A stretch of DNA of 64,000 nucleotides from Octopus sinensis (taxonomy: Eukaryota): NCBI RefSeq assembly GCF_006345805.1, contig NW_021833422.1, positions 1-64,000 on the forward strand. Direction: 5' to 3'. The notes beneath the pieces were generated by a model. That model saw only the letters and a list, made by a program, of their open reading frames with translations, had not been told where the DNA came from and did not search any database. Position 1 is the first letter of the stretch. Each line of letters begins with the position of its first letter. Shown here piece after piece: positions 24,181-37,733 of the stretch. Position numbers and translations under genes: made by a program.

Positions 24181-24291
24181 AAAATCGTACGTGCAAATGA
24201 AAAGGCGTTCACATCAAGTGACTCTCACGCAAAATGGCAGCTATCTGAAATTGTATAAAAGAATGAATATATATATATATATAATATATAT

Positions 24292-24702
24292 AGGCGCAGG
24301 AGTGGCTGTGTGGTAAGTAGCTTGCTTACCAACCACATGGTTCCGGGTTCAATCCCACTGCGTGGCATCTTGGACAAGTGTCTTCTGCTATAGCCCCGGG
24401 CCGACCAATGCCTTGTGAGTGGATTTGGTAGACGGAAACTGAAAGAAGCCTGTCGTATATATGTATAATATATATATATATGTGTGTGTATGTTGTGTGT
24501 CTGTGTTTGTCCCCCTAGCATTGCCTGACACCGATGCTGGTGTGTTTACGTCCCCGTCACTTAGCGGTTCGGCAAAAGAGACCGATAGAATAAGTACTGG
24601 GCTTACAAGAATAAGTCCCGGGGTCGATTTGCTCGACTAAAGGCGGTGCTCCAGCATGGCCGCAGTCAAATGACTGAAACAAGTAAGAGTAAGGGTAAAG
24701 AG
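24292..24702 (+). mobile_element. Family-A SINE, full length, little diverged
   Basis: GGCGCAGGAGTGGCTGTGTGGTAAG..GACTGAAACAAGTAAGAGTAAG. Confidence 0.92.
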
Positions 24703-24706
24703 TGTG

Positions 24707-24749
<43 letters not shown>

Positions 24750-25332
24750 ATATACATACAGGACGGGTTTCAATGGAGTTTCTGACTACGAAATTTATTC
24801 GTAAGTCAGTTGGTCAGTGTGAGACTACAATAGAAAACTTGTTGCCCAAGGTGTCACACAGCTGGGACTGAACCAGGAAACACGTGGTGGCAAAACGTGG
24901 TGCATATAACCATGCCACAATATCTAAACCTATAACAGAGAAATTCTTCTGAACCTTTCGCTAATAACGACTATCGCGGGAAAAGAGTTAACCCGCACGC
25001 ACCGTGGCATCTCTGCGTTAACATAAAAAAAAAAAATCAAATCTCTGCCCAGGGGAAGTCAGTCGGGAAGGTTGTCAACTTTACAGGCCTTCACATACGA
25101 TCAGATTTCACATATGTTGATGAAAAAATATGCTTGTAGCTGCAGGATCACTGGCACGGAGAGAGGGGTCGGGGTGAAAATAGCGATGCATGGCTAGTGT
25201 ATAAAGTGATGTAAATGTATAACATAAATACTTATACATATGTATATATACATGAATTGGTAATTATATACAGACATGTAATTTTTACTGATACACCGAT
25301 ACATAGACACCCCACCACCATATATATATACA

Positions 25333-25378
<46 letters not shown>

Positions 25379-25549
25379 CTTTAGGTACACACCCATAAAA
25401 AGCATCTACATAAACATATTTCAATACATACATTATACATAAAAAGATATGCCTACACATGCAGATAGGTATATGCGTGTAAGCACACGCATATACATAC
25501 ATACGCACACATACATACGTAGATATACATACACACGTATATATCTATG

Positions 25550-25581
<32 letters not shown>

Positions 25582-26449
25582 GATATGCATGTATGTGTAT
25601 ATGTGTGTATGTGTATATGCATGTATGTGTATATGTGTATATGTGTGTGCATATATGTGTGTATGCACACACGTTATATGCATATGTTTGTATATACATG
25701 TATGTGTGCGTATATGTTTGTATTTTCGTGTGTGTCTTTCTGTGTATGTGCGTATATATATATAGTGTGTATATATACATATAGTGTATGTATGTATGTA
25801 TTGGTGCATAAATATTCGAGTGCATTTATGTATGAACGCATGTATATATAATCTACTTGTATCTCTATGAATTCATTGACATATATATATGCGTATACAC
25901 ATATATATTTACACACACACACAAATATATATACATACATATATATATGCACGTTAGCGTGTTTATGCGTGCGCATGTGTATAGACGTAGATATGGGCGT
26001 TGACAAAATAAAATATTCATTTGTGCGTATGAGACGATGCCGTCGGCGGCGGTGGCGGCAGAAGGTGTCAGATAAACTTTACAACGTACCTAATTTTTCC
26101 TTACCAAATCAACTTATGAGTTTTTAATGACTTCCAAAAGAATCTTCAACTCCCCGAGTTCCGATGCCGTCTTAAACGCTTCTTGTTTATTTTTCATTCT
26201 GTTTGTTTCTTTGGGAATTTCTTTTCGCCATTATCGCGGCGGCCCCACCTCGCTAACGGTCAGTGAGATTGAACTCCGTGCGTATATTTCACAAGACCTC
26301 TAGATTTCTGTTTCCTCGCCTCTCCTTAGAGAATTCGAGAGAAAATGATTAGAGTGGATTGGAATGAATTTTACTCGATGTTTTATGAAATTCTTGCTGG
26401 CAGAATCATTAGAACGATGGAAAATACCGAGTAATAAATAAATTTGGTA

Positions 26450-26935
26450 AGGCAACGAGCCGGCAGAATCGTTAGGATGCCGGGAAAAATACTTAGCGGC
26501 ATTCCATCAGTCTTGACGTTCTGCGTTCAAATTCCGCCGAAGTCTACTTTGGCTTTCATACTTTCGGGGTTCGATAAAATAAGTACCATTTGAATACTAA
26601 GTTTAATGTAATCGCTCCGGCAGGGGATGGTGGTGATCCCTGCTGTACTCTTTCACCACAACTTTCTCTCACTCTTACTTCCTGTTTCTGTTGTACTTGT
26701 ATTTCAAAGAGCCGGCCTTGTCACTCTCTGCGTCACGCTGAATATCCCCGAGAACTACGTTAAGGGTACACGTATCTGTGGAGTGCTCAGCCACTTACAC
26801 GTCAATTTCACGAGCAGGCTGTTCCGTTGATTCGGATCAACCGGAACCCTCGTCGTCGTAACCGACGGAGTGCTTCCTTCCTCCTAATGTAATCGACTCA
26901 TCTATCCCTCGAAATTACTGGTCATATGCGAAAAT
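26450..26935 (+). mobile_element. Family-B SINE interrupted by a 5'-truncated family-C SINE (26615-26884)
   Basis: 11-bp TSD TAATGTAATCG at 26604-26614 and 26885-26895. Confidence 0.85.
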
Positions 26936-26939
26936 ATGA

Positions 26940-27240
26940 AACCCGAGGTCGACTTTGTTTTTTGTCCTGTTGGGTTTGATAAATGAAGTACTGGTTATGC
27001 AATGGGGTCGATGTAATCGACTTCCTTCTTCCTCAAAATGCTGGTCTTGTGCCAACATTCGAAACCAATATATTTGTTCTGGCTCAAAGAATCGTTAACA
27101 AGCCGGACAAAATGCTTAGCGGCGTCTTTTCCAGTTTTTATGTTGTAAGTTCAAATTCTGACGAAGTCGATTTTACTTTTTCATTCTTTTGGAGATCGAT
27201 AAAACGAGATTACATCAACCTCAGTTGGGCATTGGGGTAA
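26940..27240 (+). mobile_element. Family-B SINE dimer, diverged
   Basis: GAGGTCGACTTTG core, then a junction at AAAGAATCGTT, then a second core. Confidence 0.7.
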
Positions 27241-27304
27241 ATGTAATACTTAACTTTGCTTATTAATGTTGTGCTCTCTATAGTAGGTACGTATCATGTT
27301 CCCA

Positions 27305-27339
<35 letters not shown>

Positions 27340-27356
27340 ACACACACACACACACA

Positions 27357-27389
<33 letters not shown>

Positions 27390-27449
27390 TTCTCTCTCTG
27401 ACATGAAGACTACAGTACTAATCAAGACACATTTGTCTGGTCTCTTTAG

Positions 27450-27832
27450 ACGCAGGAGTGGATGTGTGGTAAGTAGCTTGCTTACCAACCACATGGTTCC
27501 GGGTTCAGTCCCACTGCGTGACACCTTGAGCAAGTGTCTTCTACTGTAGCCTCGGGCCGACCAAAACCTTGTGAGTGGATTTGGTAGACAGAAACTGAAA
27601 GAAGCCCGTTGTGTATATGTATATGTTTGTATGTCTGTGTTTGTCCCCTCAACATCACTTGACAACCGATGCTGGTTTGTTTACATCCCCATAACTTAGC
27701 GGTTCGGCATAAGAGACCGATAGAATAAGTACTAGGCTTGCAAAGAATAAGTCCTGGGGTCGATTTGCTCGACTAAAGGCGGTGCTCCAGCATGGTTGGA
27801 GTCAAATGGCTGAAACAAGTAAAAGAGTAAAA
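27450..27832 (+). mobile_element. Family-A SINE, full length
   Basis: GACGCAGGAGTGGATGTGTGGTAAG..GAAACAAGTAAAAGAGT. Confidence 0.9.
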
Positions 27833-28118
27833 TAGGAACTTGCTAAAAAAATAATATTGTGTTTCACCCAAGTATTTATGAAAGACTTTTTTTCACCTGA
27901 GGACGTAGCTTAAATTCTGCATTATTTTGAAGGATGCTTTTGCATTAATGCAGACATCTAATTTATTTATTATTAAATACAATATAAATTATTTGCATGC
28001 TTTCAAGTTACGAAACAATTTGTCGTGATATTAAAATTTTCTTATTGTTAAATAAAACTTCAAACTATTTCTTTGTCATAATAAGGTTTTATAGTTCGCT
28101 TGAAGCATTGTATTTGGG

Positions 28119-28365
28119 TATAACGTTGAAAGATTTAAAAGACCAAACAATGCAAATAGATTTTAAAATAAGGTAACGTAAACTAAAAGTAAGTTACCTG
28201 GTAATCTTTGGTCGTATATGTATTTCGGTACATACAAGTCCCTTCTTCAAGGTTAAAAAGAATCTGTCTGTATGTCCCGAAATATCGAATACAAATACGA
28301 CCAAAGATTACCTCATCTTAAAATCTTTTTGCATTGTTTGGCCTTTTAAATCTTTCAACGTTATA
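28119..28365. repeat. Inverted repeat pair with a hammerhead-like relic (Penelope-like foldback)
   Basis: 28119-28236 versus 28269-28365 in reverse complement; minus strand reads UUGAAGA-A-GGGAC-uuguau-GUACC-GAAAU. Confidence 0.65.
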
Positions 28366-28444
28366 TTTCTTTGCCATTTATGAATTTATATATATTAATA
28401 TATATACATTCATTGACATAAGAATTTATAGACACAGGGGAAAG

Positions 28445-28655
28445 TAAAATAATTCTATTTTTGAAAGATGGATCTCGAAGCAAATAATGCTATAAAAATA
28501 GCGTGTGAATATTGGGCTAAAAATTACTTTGGATAAAAAATCGAAGGCTGCCCAACTTCTTTTTATTCGAAGGATTTTTAAAATCAACATTTACAGCTAT
28601 CATTCATAGCTTTATTTGCTTCCAGATCTATCGTTCCAAAAAACGAATTATATAT
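28445..28655. repeat. Diverged inverted repeat related to the 23365-24180 TIR
   Basis: GATCTCGAAGCAAATAATGCTATAAAAATAGCG and GCTATCATTCATAGCTTTATTTGCTTCCAGATC resemble ATCTCGAAGCAGATAAAGCTATAAATAATAGCG. Confidence 0.6.
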
Positions 28656-29269
28656 GTATACCACATATTTTTCTGCGGGTCTTTCATAAATTGTGACACG
28701 ATGTTCAGTGTATACAAGTTCCAAATATATGATGCTTAGTCCAGCTTTGAGTAACTAGATGTAAATGCAAGTTCGAAAAATGTGACGTCATATAAGAAGT
28801 AAGATTCACCAAACAAATGAGAAGAAAGTCAGGAGTAAAGCAGTAAATGCAAGGGAAAATGTACAAAACGTACAAAGAGAATCAAAGTCAAATTAACTAA
28901 AGGAATCGAGAAATTTGCGGCAACAGAAGCATGAAACCAATTATGGAAAGAATACTAAAAAAAATATAGGATTTGAAACTAACGGAAAGAAGCAAACATC
29001 ACTCCTTTCGTAGCAGTTTTCAATTCTGATAAAAAAAGCTGTCAAATGGCGACACATCATATCCAGTCGTGTGCAGAAGTAATAAAAAAACGGACTGAAA
29101 TTCAATAATTCATCCTAAATCATGTTCAAATACAACAAAAGCAATTTTCTTACAAACCATTTAAAGAGAACGATAATGGAAGAAGGAGCCGAAATTAAAT
29201 GAGAAAGCAGGTAATATACTAAATTTACTAACACTAAACTAAGAAATCAAGGAAGACGGTACAATAATA

Positions 29270-29683
29270 ATATTTACATTATTTACATTTGACGGATATT
29301 TGTCCTCATCTTGCTTGTTGTTAACACAACATTTCGGCTGATATACCCTCCTGCCTTCATCAGGTGTCTTGGGGAAATTTCCAACCTGGGTTCTCCTAAG
29401 GTATTTTTCGATGTTACTATTGGGCATATGGTGTAATGGTTAAGAGCGCAGGCTACTAACCCCAAGATTCCGAGTTCGATTCCAGGCAGGGACCTGAATA
29501 ATGATAATAATAATATCGAAAAATACCTTAGGAATGAGAACCCAGGTTTGAAATTTCCCCAAGACACCTGATGAAGGCTGGAGGGTATATCAGCCGAAAT
29601 ATGTTAACAAACAAGTTGAGGACAAATATCCGTCAAATGTAAATAATGTACATAATTCCTCATCTCTTAAATATAGAACTGTA
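29270..29683. mobile_element. Family-E element: inverted 3' part (minus, about 29270-29421) followed by a complete head plus tail copy (+, 29422-29683)
   Basis: Both arms carry GACACCTGATGAAGGC..TATATCAGCCGAAAT; head GGGCATATGGTGTAATGGTTAAGAGCG..GAGTTCGATTCC. Confidence 0.8.
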
Positions 29684-30305
29684 TCAATAATAATATTATT
29701 TCACTTATCAACAATAAGGAGTCCTCTTTCTATAAAAAAAATCTAGAATACAAGGTACAAATGGTTTACAAAGCAAGATTTTTAAGGGAAGAGAACTTCC
29801 TAATAAAATAAAGATAGCCCTAATGATAACTAACTGACGAGAAAAGGATCAATTTATGTAAAGAAATCTTACGAAAATTAAAAAAAAATGAAATATTTAT
29901 AGAACATGGACTTGAACCTTACAATAACTCCAAAATCTGACAGAATAAGTCCTATTAAAGTTACTGAAGAATTTTGTAGAAAACTTCGTTCTACAAGAAT
30001 TTTTTCAGAAAAATTACGAAGGTCCATCACCTACGAAAAAAAAAGCAAAACAAAAAGAACGGGATTTAAATCTCTAATGAACAAGAGTAAGCGCTTAGAT
30101 CTGGGGTTCTCAACTGGGGTACATATGATCCTTGGAGGTATGTATGACCTTTGGAGGGGTCTATATGACACTTGGGAGTCCATCTAATAAAATGGCGGAA
30201 TGCCACAGTTTTAATGCTCGGCGTACGTTTAAGTCCGTTATTACTACATATTTAGAGGTACTATGAAAAATATATTTTAAAAGATATACATTATATATAT
30301 ATATA

Positions 30306-30702
30306 TCTTTATAAATAAAAGTGAAGTTGTGTGTCTGTCTCCTACGATTTAGATTCCTAACTACTCCCACATTTTGCGGTGCAGTTTAACCAAAACCGGG
30401 TATCTTATAGTCGTGATTCATATCGAGCCCTTCTGGGTATTAGCGCACGTCTACGATGAGTCTACGATTTTAAAAATAATTTACCATCATTTTTTTCCAT
30501 TTTAATGCATTTTTTCGCTATGATATAAGGGAAGTAACTCTCTAAAAATGTCTACGATGAGTCAACGATTTAAAAAAAAAATTACCATCATTTTTTTCCA
30601 TTTTTAATGCATTTTTTTGCTATTTTTTGGCTATAACTCTCTAAAAATGCTTATATAGTTATTTCCCTTACAAACCCGAGCAACGCCGGGCGATACTGCT
30701 AG
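30306..30702 (+). mobile_element. Non-autonomous Helitron
   Basis: 5' TC after host A; 3' hairpin CCCGAGCAACGCCGGG (30675-30690) followed by CTAG and host T; no TSD; internal 101-bp tandem duplication. Confidence 0.85.
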
Positions 30703-31268
30703 TATATATATAAATAAGCTTTCACTTCTGCCGAGGGGAATAAAACTTAGACGATATTGTGAGTTAATTTCCCTCCAGCGTCTTAGTTATTGAAAATGGA
30801 GAATTTGAAAACGAAACTTAAATGCTATAGACACACCGGCGGAACAATATATATACGCGAAGTTAGCACGTGAGCGAGTCAAGAGGGAATAACTGACACC
30901 AACTGTTTCTGTACTATTCACCTTTAACGAAACGGCCAAGATTTATGCAGGTAATGTTTGTCACTGAAAAGTTCTGAGCCCGAGACATTTCATATCTATC
31001 CATCCATCCATGTCCGTTTGTCTGTCTATCAACATATATAACCCTCTTTTCTATATAACCCTCTTTTCTTTCTCTTTCATCAGGCGAAATTGCGAGGATG
31101 ATTGCGGTTCTTGACTGAGGATAGAAAGATTCGAATGACCCGTCCTTGTTTTTTTTTTTCGTATCGTCTATCTGGATGTTTTGTTGTCCCTTTTTGTATC
31201 ACCTAGATGTCCGGATGTTTTGCGTTCCTTGTCCCATTTTGTATTATGTGTGTATGTATATTATATAT

Positions 31269-31302
<34 letters not shown>

Positions 31303-32308
31303 GTGTGTGTGTGTTTGACATATTTGTGTGTGTGTGTTTTTGAACATATGTGGTGTGTGTTGTGTGTGTGTTTGAACATATGTGTGTGTGTGTGTGTTTG
31401 AACATATGTGTGTGTACACACTCACATATAATAGAGAGGTGCTTGTATGTGTATATATATCGTATATGTTAAATATTAAGTAAATATTAGAGACACATGT
31501 ATGAATATAGAGATATGTGAGAATGTATAGTATGTAAATATGTATACGTATATGAAAATAATTCTATGTGTGTACGTATCGCGTGTTTGTGTGTCTATGT
31601 ATGTGTGAATATCTGACTGTATGTGAGTGTGCTACATACACAGAGAGAAAACGTAAACGATATGGATAAAATGCGATATACATCTATATATAAATATATA
31701 TGAGAGAGAGAGAGAGAAGTAGAAGACGACGACGAAGCGTAGAAGAGAGAGAGAGAGAGAGAGTATGAGCGTAAATTAGAAAAAGATTTTGAAAGGAGAG
31801 CTGGCAATGGGTTATGTGGAGGTTAACCTAGGACAGCTGAAAAATTAGGGTTTTTTTCTTGTAATATACTCTGGTTACGTGGTCGAGCGTCGGGGGGAGC
31901 ATCATGGAAAAATAATTAGCAACGACTAAAGGTGTATACATCTATTGATATAAGTATATGTATATGTTTATATATATTATATACACGCATATATATATAT
32001 GCGCACACGCACATATATATAAATTCACACACATACATGTATGTATGTATATAATGAGTATGAGAGTGGTGTATATGTAATGAGATATTTCGTGTTCAGA
32101 CATACGTAACATAAACAGGCAATTGTAGAGTGGGCGGGCACACCGGCACTTAGAAACTCAAATAAAATAACAGATGACCCAAAATACGTATATTTGCACA
32201 GAGGTACATGCATGGGTATACATACAGACGACGCATATACATACATTTACGCAGATATACACACACAAACACATTCATATGTGAATCTACATACACCTAT
32301 TCTTTTAT

Positions 32309-32376
<68 letters not shown>

Positions 32377-32547
32377 ATATATATGTAGTGTGTACACACA
32401 CGCATACATAATGTCTATACAACCCACACACATATACATATATCTTGTGTATATATACATACCTATATATATGTGTGTAAATATACATACATATAATATA
32501 TATGTTGTGTATATATACATACATAATATATATGTGTGTGTATATAT

Positions 32548-32578
<31 letters not shown>

Positions 32579-32767
32579 GTGTATATATACATACATATAT
32601 ATATATATGTGTATATATACATACATATATATATGTGTGTATATATATATACATATATACGTGTATATATATATATGTGTATATATATATACATATATAT
32701 ATGTGTATATATACATACATATATATATATATGTGTGTGTGTGTATATATGTATACATATATACATA

Positions 32768-33088
32768 AGCGTAGGAGTGGCTGTGTGGTAAGTAGCTTGC
32801 TTACCAACCACATTGTTCCGGGTTCAGTCCCACTACGTGGCACCATGGACAAGTGTCTTCTACTATAGCCTCGGGTCGACCAAAGCCTTGAGTGGATTTG
32901 ATAGGTGGAAACTGAAAGAAGCCCGTCGTATATATATATATATACATATATATGTGTGTGTGTGTGTGTATGTGTGTGTGTATGTCTGTGTGTTTACGTC
33001 CCTGTAACTTAGTGGTTCGGCAAAAGACACCAATAGAATAAGTACTAGGCTTACAAAGAATAAGTCCTGTGGTCGATTTGCTCGATTA
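32768..33088 (+). mobile_element. Family-A SINE
   Basis: GCGTAGGAGTGGCTGTGTGGTAAG..GACTGAAACAAGAAAAAGAGT. Confidence 0.88.
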
Positions 33089-33481
33089 AAGGCGGTGCTC
33101 CAGCATGGCTGCAGTCAAACGACTGAAACAAGAAAAAGAGTAAAGAGTATATGCACACACAAATATATTTCTTTACTTAAATATATTTCTGTAATAAAAT
33201 TATTTTTTGCTTCAATCATATTTATAAATAAATCTTATCGATATTTATTTGCTTGCAGCTTGATAAATCGACATTAAGGGTTACCAAATGAGTTGTATGG
33301 AGATGTAAAGCTTTATTTTGTAGAGATTAATTGTATTTACTGGCGTTGTTATGAACACACCTATGGTATGTTACAGGTGACCTATGGTATGTTACAGGTG
33401 ACCAATGAAGTTGTATTATATTTAATGTCCAAATGAGAGAGAGATAAGTGGCTTATAATATTCTCTATATTATATATTACA

Positions 33482-33782
33482 TGGAGGCATATGGCCTTGT
33501 GGTTAGAGCAGCGGATTCGCGGTCGAGGGATCGCAGGTTCGAATATCAGACCGGGCAATGTGTGTGTTTATGAGCGAAACACCTAAGCTCCACGCGACTC
33601 CGGTAGAAGATAATGGCGAAATTCTGCTGACTCTTTCGCCACAACTTTCTCTCACTCTTTCTTCCTGCATCTTGCAGCTCACCTGCGACGGACCGGCGTC
33701 CCGTCCAGGTGGGGAACCTATACGCCAAGGAAACCGGGAAACCAGCTCTAATGAGCTAGGCGTGGTTCGAGAAGGAACAAGT
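33482..33782 (+). mobile_element. Family-C SINE, tail variant 2
   Basis: TGGAGGCATATGGCCTTGTGGTTAGAGCAGCGG..GGTTCGAATATC..GGCGTCCCGTCCAGG..GAGAAGGAACAA. Confidence 0.88.
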
Positions 33783-34124
33783 AATATATATTACAGTAAA
33801 TAATGTAAGAGATGGTGGAGAATATTCTAGAATATATACAATGATGTATTTTTCGCCATTCAAATCGAATTTTTAAGAATAAAATTTAGAGCTAGGCCGT
33901 CCTTCACATCCAAACGACTCTAGGGGTTCCAAAAATTCTGTGTGAAATGCTATAGGTTTCGGAAAGATAGCGAAGCTGTCTGAACGCTTATGCTACATGT
34001 TTGCACTACGTACTACGTCGACTTGTATGCTGGACAATTTGTTACGTACAGTATATAGTGGATATAGGGGGGGTTCATAAATTATCGTTATAAAACTTCC
34101 ACAATATATTGATTTCAAATTTTA

Positions 34125-34320
34125 GCTCAAGGCCGGAAATTTCGGTGGAGAGGATAAGCCGATCACATCGATCCCCAGTGCTCAACTGCTGTTTATTTTA
34201 TGGATCCCGAAAGATGAAATGCAAAGTCGACCTCAGCAAAATTTGAACTCAGAACGTAAAGACCTATGAAATGCCGCTAAGCATTTTTGCCCGACGGGCT
34301 AAAGACTCTGCCGGATATTG
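34125..34320 (-). mobile_element. Family-B SINE, diverged
   Basis: GATCCCGAAAGATGAAATGCAAAGTCGACCTCAGCAAAATTTGAACTCAGAACG. Confidence 0.75.
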
Positions 34321-34576
34321 TGTCTATTACAGTTGAGTGCAGTCGATGAACTTCTTTGCTACCAAACGGAGCCCACTGGTTGTCTTCTGTTGTTTTTAAT
34401 AAAACCGTATTTGTTGGCCTCCGTTAGTCCATTAAACCTCAGCTGAGTTAATTTTCACTATCTGAAGTTTTCGAATTGCAAAGGTGACTTACAGACGCAT
34501 TATATATATATATTACACACACGCACGCTCACATACACTTACGCTCACACACACACACTCACACACAAATACACAT

Positions 34577-34624
<48 letters not shown>

Positions 34625-34662
34625 TTAAAAAAGGAGATGTGGAACACGAGTTGTGACATAAA

Positions 34663-34961
34663 AAAAGGAAATGAAGAAAATGCTGACGAAATAATTTAAG
34701 TAAGGGAGAGTGTATCTAATTAGGTGAAAGTTCTTTTTACCGGTTGCGCATTTGTTATGCTTATCAAAAAGATATATTTTTAAGAGAGATAGAGTTCCTT
34801 TCTGAATAGATTTAAAAAAATCTTTCAGAAAGGAACTATCTCTCATAAAATATATCTTTTGATAAGCATAACAATGCGCAACCGGTAAAAAGAACTTTCA
34901 CCTAATTAGATACATCTCCCTGACTTAAATTATTTTGTCAGCATTTTCTTCATTTCCTTTT
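34663..34961. repeat. About 300-bp near-perfect palindrome (foldback/MITE-like)
   Basis: AAAAGGAAATGAAGAAAATGCTGAC..GAGTTCCTTTCTGAA mirrored by TTCAGAAAGGAAC..GTCAGCATTTTCTTCATTTCCTTTT with only scattered mismatches or indels. Confidence 0.9.
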
Positions 34962-35203
34962 ATATAAATATATATTATATATATATATATATATTATATA
35001 TATATATATATTATATATATATTATATATATATATATATCTATTAGTGACAGTGAGGCGGTGTAGTCGCTGTTTATCAGGCAGGACCTTCTGCAACCCGT
35101 CTCGTGTCAGAGCTACAGTCCTGGTTCAAGCGCAGATTGAGAAAGGGTGCTTCGCAACTGGCGTGCTGGAAACGCCCTCTGCCAATCGGAAAAATGCGAT
35201 CCG

Positions 35204-35242
<39 letters not shown>

Positions 35243-35293
35243 ATATATATATATGTGTGTGGTGTGTGTGTATATATATATGTTGTGTGTGTG

Positions 35294-35326
<33 letters not shown>

Positions 35327-35440
35327 AGATTATATATGTGTGTGTGTGTATATATAGTGTGTGTGTGTGTATATATATGTGTTGTGTGTATGTGTATATA
35401 TATATGTGTGTGTGTATGTGTATATATATATATATGTGTA

Positions 35441-35479
<39 letters not shown>

Positions 35480-35526
35480 GTGTATATATAGATATGTGTG
35501 TGTGTGTGTATACGTGTGTATATGGG

Positions 35527-35690
35527 GGCGTGTGGCTTTGTAGTTAGGGTGTTAAACTCGTGATCGTAAGACTCTGGTTTCGATTCCTAGACCGAGGGAC
35601 GCGTTTGTGTTCTTGAGCAAGATATTTCATTTCACGTTGCTCCAGTCCACTCAGCTGACAAAAAGGAGTAATTCTCTAACGGGTTGGCAT
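35527..35690 (+). mobile_element. Family-D SINE 5' part
   Basis: GGCGTGTGGCTTTGTAGTTAGGG..GTTTCGATTCCTAGACCG..TTCTTGAGCAAG..GCTCCAGTCCACTCAGCTG. Confidence 0.7.
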
Positions 35691-36215
35691 CCTGTGTGTA
35701 ATCCTATGAGTCGGCGTGACTCGAGAAGGATCTCTCTCTCTCTCACACACTTTCTATCTCTTTCTATATATACACACACACATTGACAGGCGACGTTACG
35801 TTAAGTAAATGTTTGAGGTTTACGTTTGTGTCTATGGTATTAGGAACTATACACACATAAGAGCCGTCATAATATATACAGCAAATATTTATCTATAATG
35901 TCAGTGTAGACACTCGCAACAGTGGACTTTACACACACATAAAAATACATATGCATTCCTACACACACACGTGTGTGTATTTATACATATGTATATACAA
36001 TATATATACATATATATAATTGTAAGATTATATATATAAGTTATATATAATAGATAAAAATTATATATATAATCTTATACATAGATGTAGATATATCTAT
36101 GTATAGATTATATTGCAAGTTTATATATATATATCTACATCTATATATATTATATACATATATATTATATATATATTATATATCCATATAGTATATATAT
36201 ATATCCATTATAAGT

Positions 36216-36248
<33 letters not shown>

Positions 36249-37004
36249 TACATGTATAAGTTATATATATAAATAGTTTGGTAGATACATGCATACATAC
36301 ATACAAATATATATGCATATACATACATATATTTATATGTATATAGACTATATAGACGTATACACATACATGCGTATGGGTGTGTATATTGTGTGTGTAT
36401 GTGTGTATCTAGACATACAGGGAAGCGGCGTTGATGTGGAACTGGCGAAGTACATAACCAGACGTGGCATCAACTCGCGCGGAAAGGCAACGTGAATGGC
36501 GAAGTCTGCTAAAAGAATCAGAAAAACGTTAACAGCTCTTCACAGTGCAGTGAGAATTTAGCGATTTTATTAAGTAAGCAATGATGGAAACAATCTGTTT
36601 AATAACACATTGTACGGCTGTTAAAAAACACAACGAACAAACTGGCCAATACTATTAAAGATGGAAGACGTCCCACAATGCCTCCGCCAGCGTTCATAAT
36701 GCAATCAGCTGACAACTATCAAATGCACATTTTTAATCGTAATGGATACATGTACATAAACGTGTGTGTGTGAGAGAGCGATTGTGTGTGTGTGTACACA
36801 AGGTATTCGGGTTTTGTTTATGCATGTAAGTGTATGTTTGTATGTGTTTGTGCATATTTGAATGCGAGTTAATCCGTGACTTGTGTGTGTGTGTATGTGT
36901 GTACATAAGGTATTTATAGATTCTATGCATAACATATATACATATATGTATAATATATACTGCCACACAAATACGTTTCCTCATATAGTTAAGTATATAA
37001 AACC

Positions 37005-37055
<51 letters not shown>

Positions 37056-37498
37056 ATAAATGTGTGTATATGTATGTATATATGTGTATATATATATATA
37101 TGTGTGTGTTTATATGTATATATGTGTGTATTTACATATATATATATGTGTGTATATATGTGTGTATATACACATACATGTATATATATGTGTGTGTGTG
37201 TATACATATATATGTACGTATATGCATATATGTGTATATACATATATGTATGTATATACATATATATATACATATATGTGTGTATATATTATATATAGGT
37301 AGATATATATATTCATTTATTCATATATATATATAAATGTGTATATATATATACTTATATACATATATATACACACATTATTGCGCCTAATGTTTTTATA
37401 ATTACATTATGTATACAAGTCTACTCACACATGCATATATACATATCTACATATATACATATACTTGCGTACGCACTCATGTGAGAGGGAGAGAGCGT

Positions 37499-37539
<41 letters not shown>

Positions 37540-37657
37540 ATACACAAGAATGTCATATATAAATGCCTTAATTATTAGTTATAATGCACAAAATTCTATT
37601 TTAACTAATTCAATAAATTTGGTATATTTTCGTCGATAAATTTGGTATATCTTCGTC

Positions 37658-37733
37658 GATTTCCAAAGTTCATTAAAGTTCTTTAAAGATGATGTACATC
37701 ATCTTTAAAGAACTTTAATGAACTTTGGAAATC
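37658..37733. repeat. Perfect 76-bp palindrome with no spacer
   Basis: GATTTCCAAAGTTCATTAAAGTTCTTTAAAGATGATGT|ACATCATCTTTAAAGAACTTTAATGAACTTTGGAAATC. Confidence 0.95.

Noticed and set aside
28700-30110. A-rich coding-like sequence around the family-E insertion
   Set aside because: Possibly a decayed retroelement ORF, but many stops and no diagnostic motif.
22545-32123. Exact 15-mer ACATAAACAGGCAAT in two unique regions (22545 and 32109)
   Set aside because: A match of this length is expected by chance in 64 kb of AT-rich DNA.
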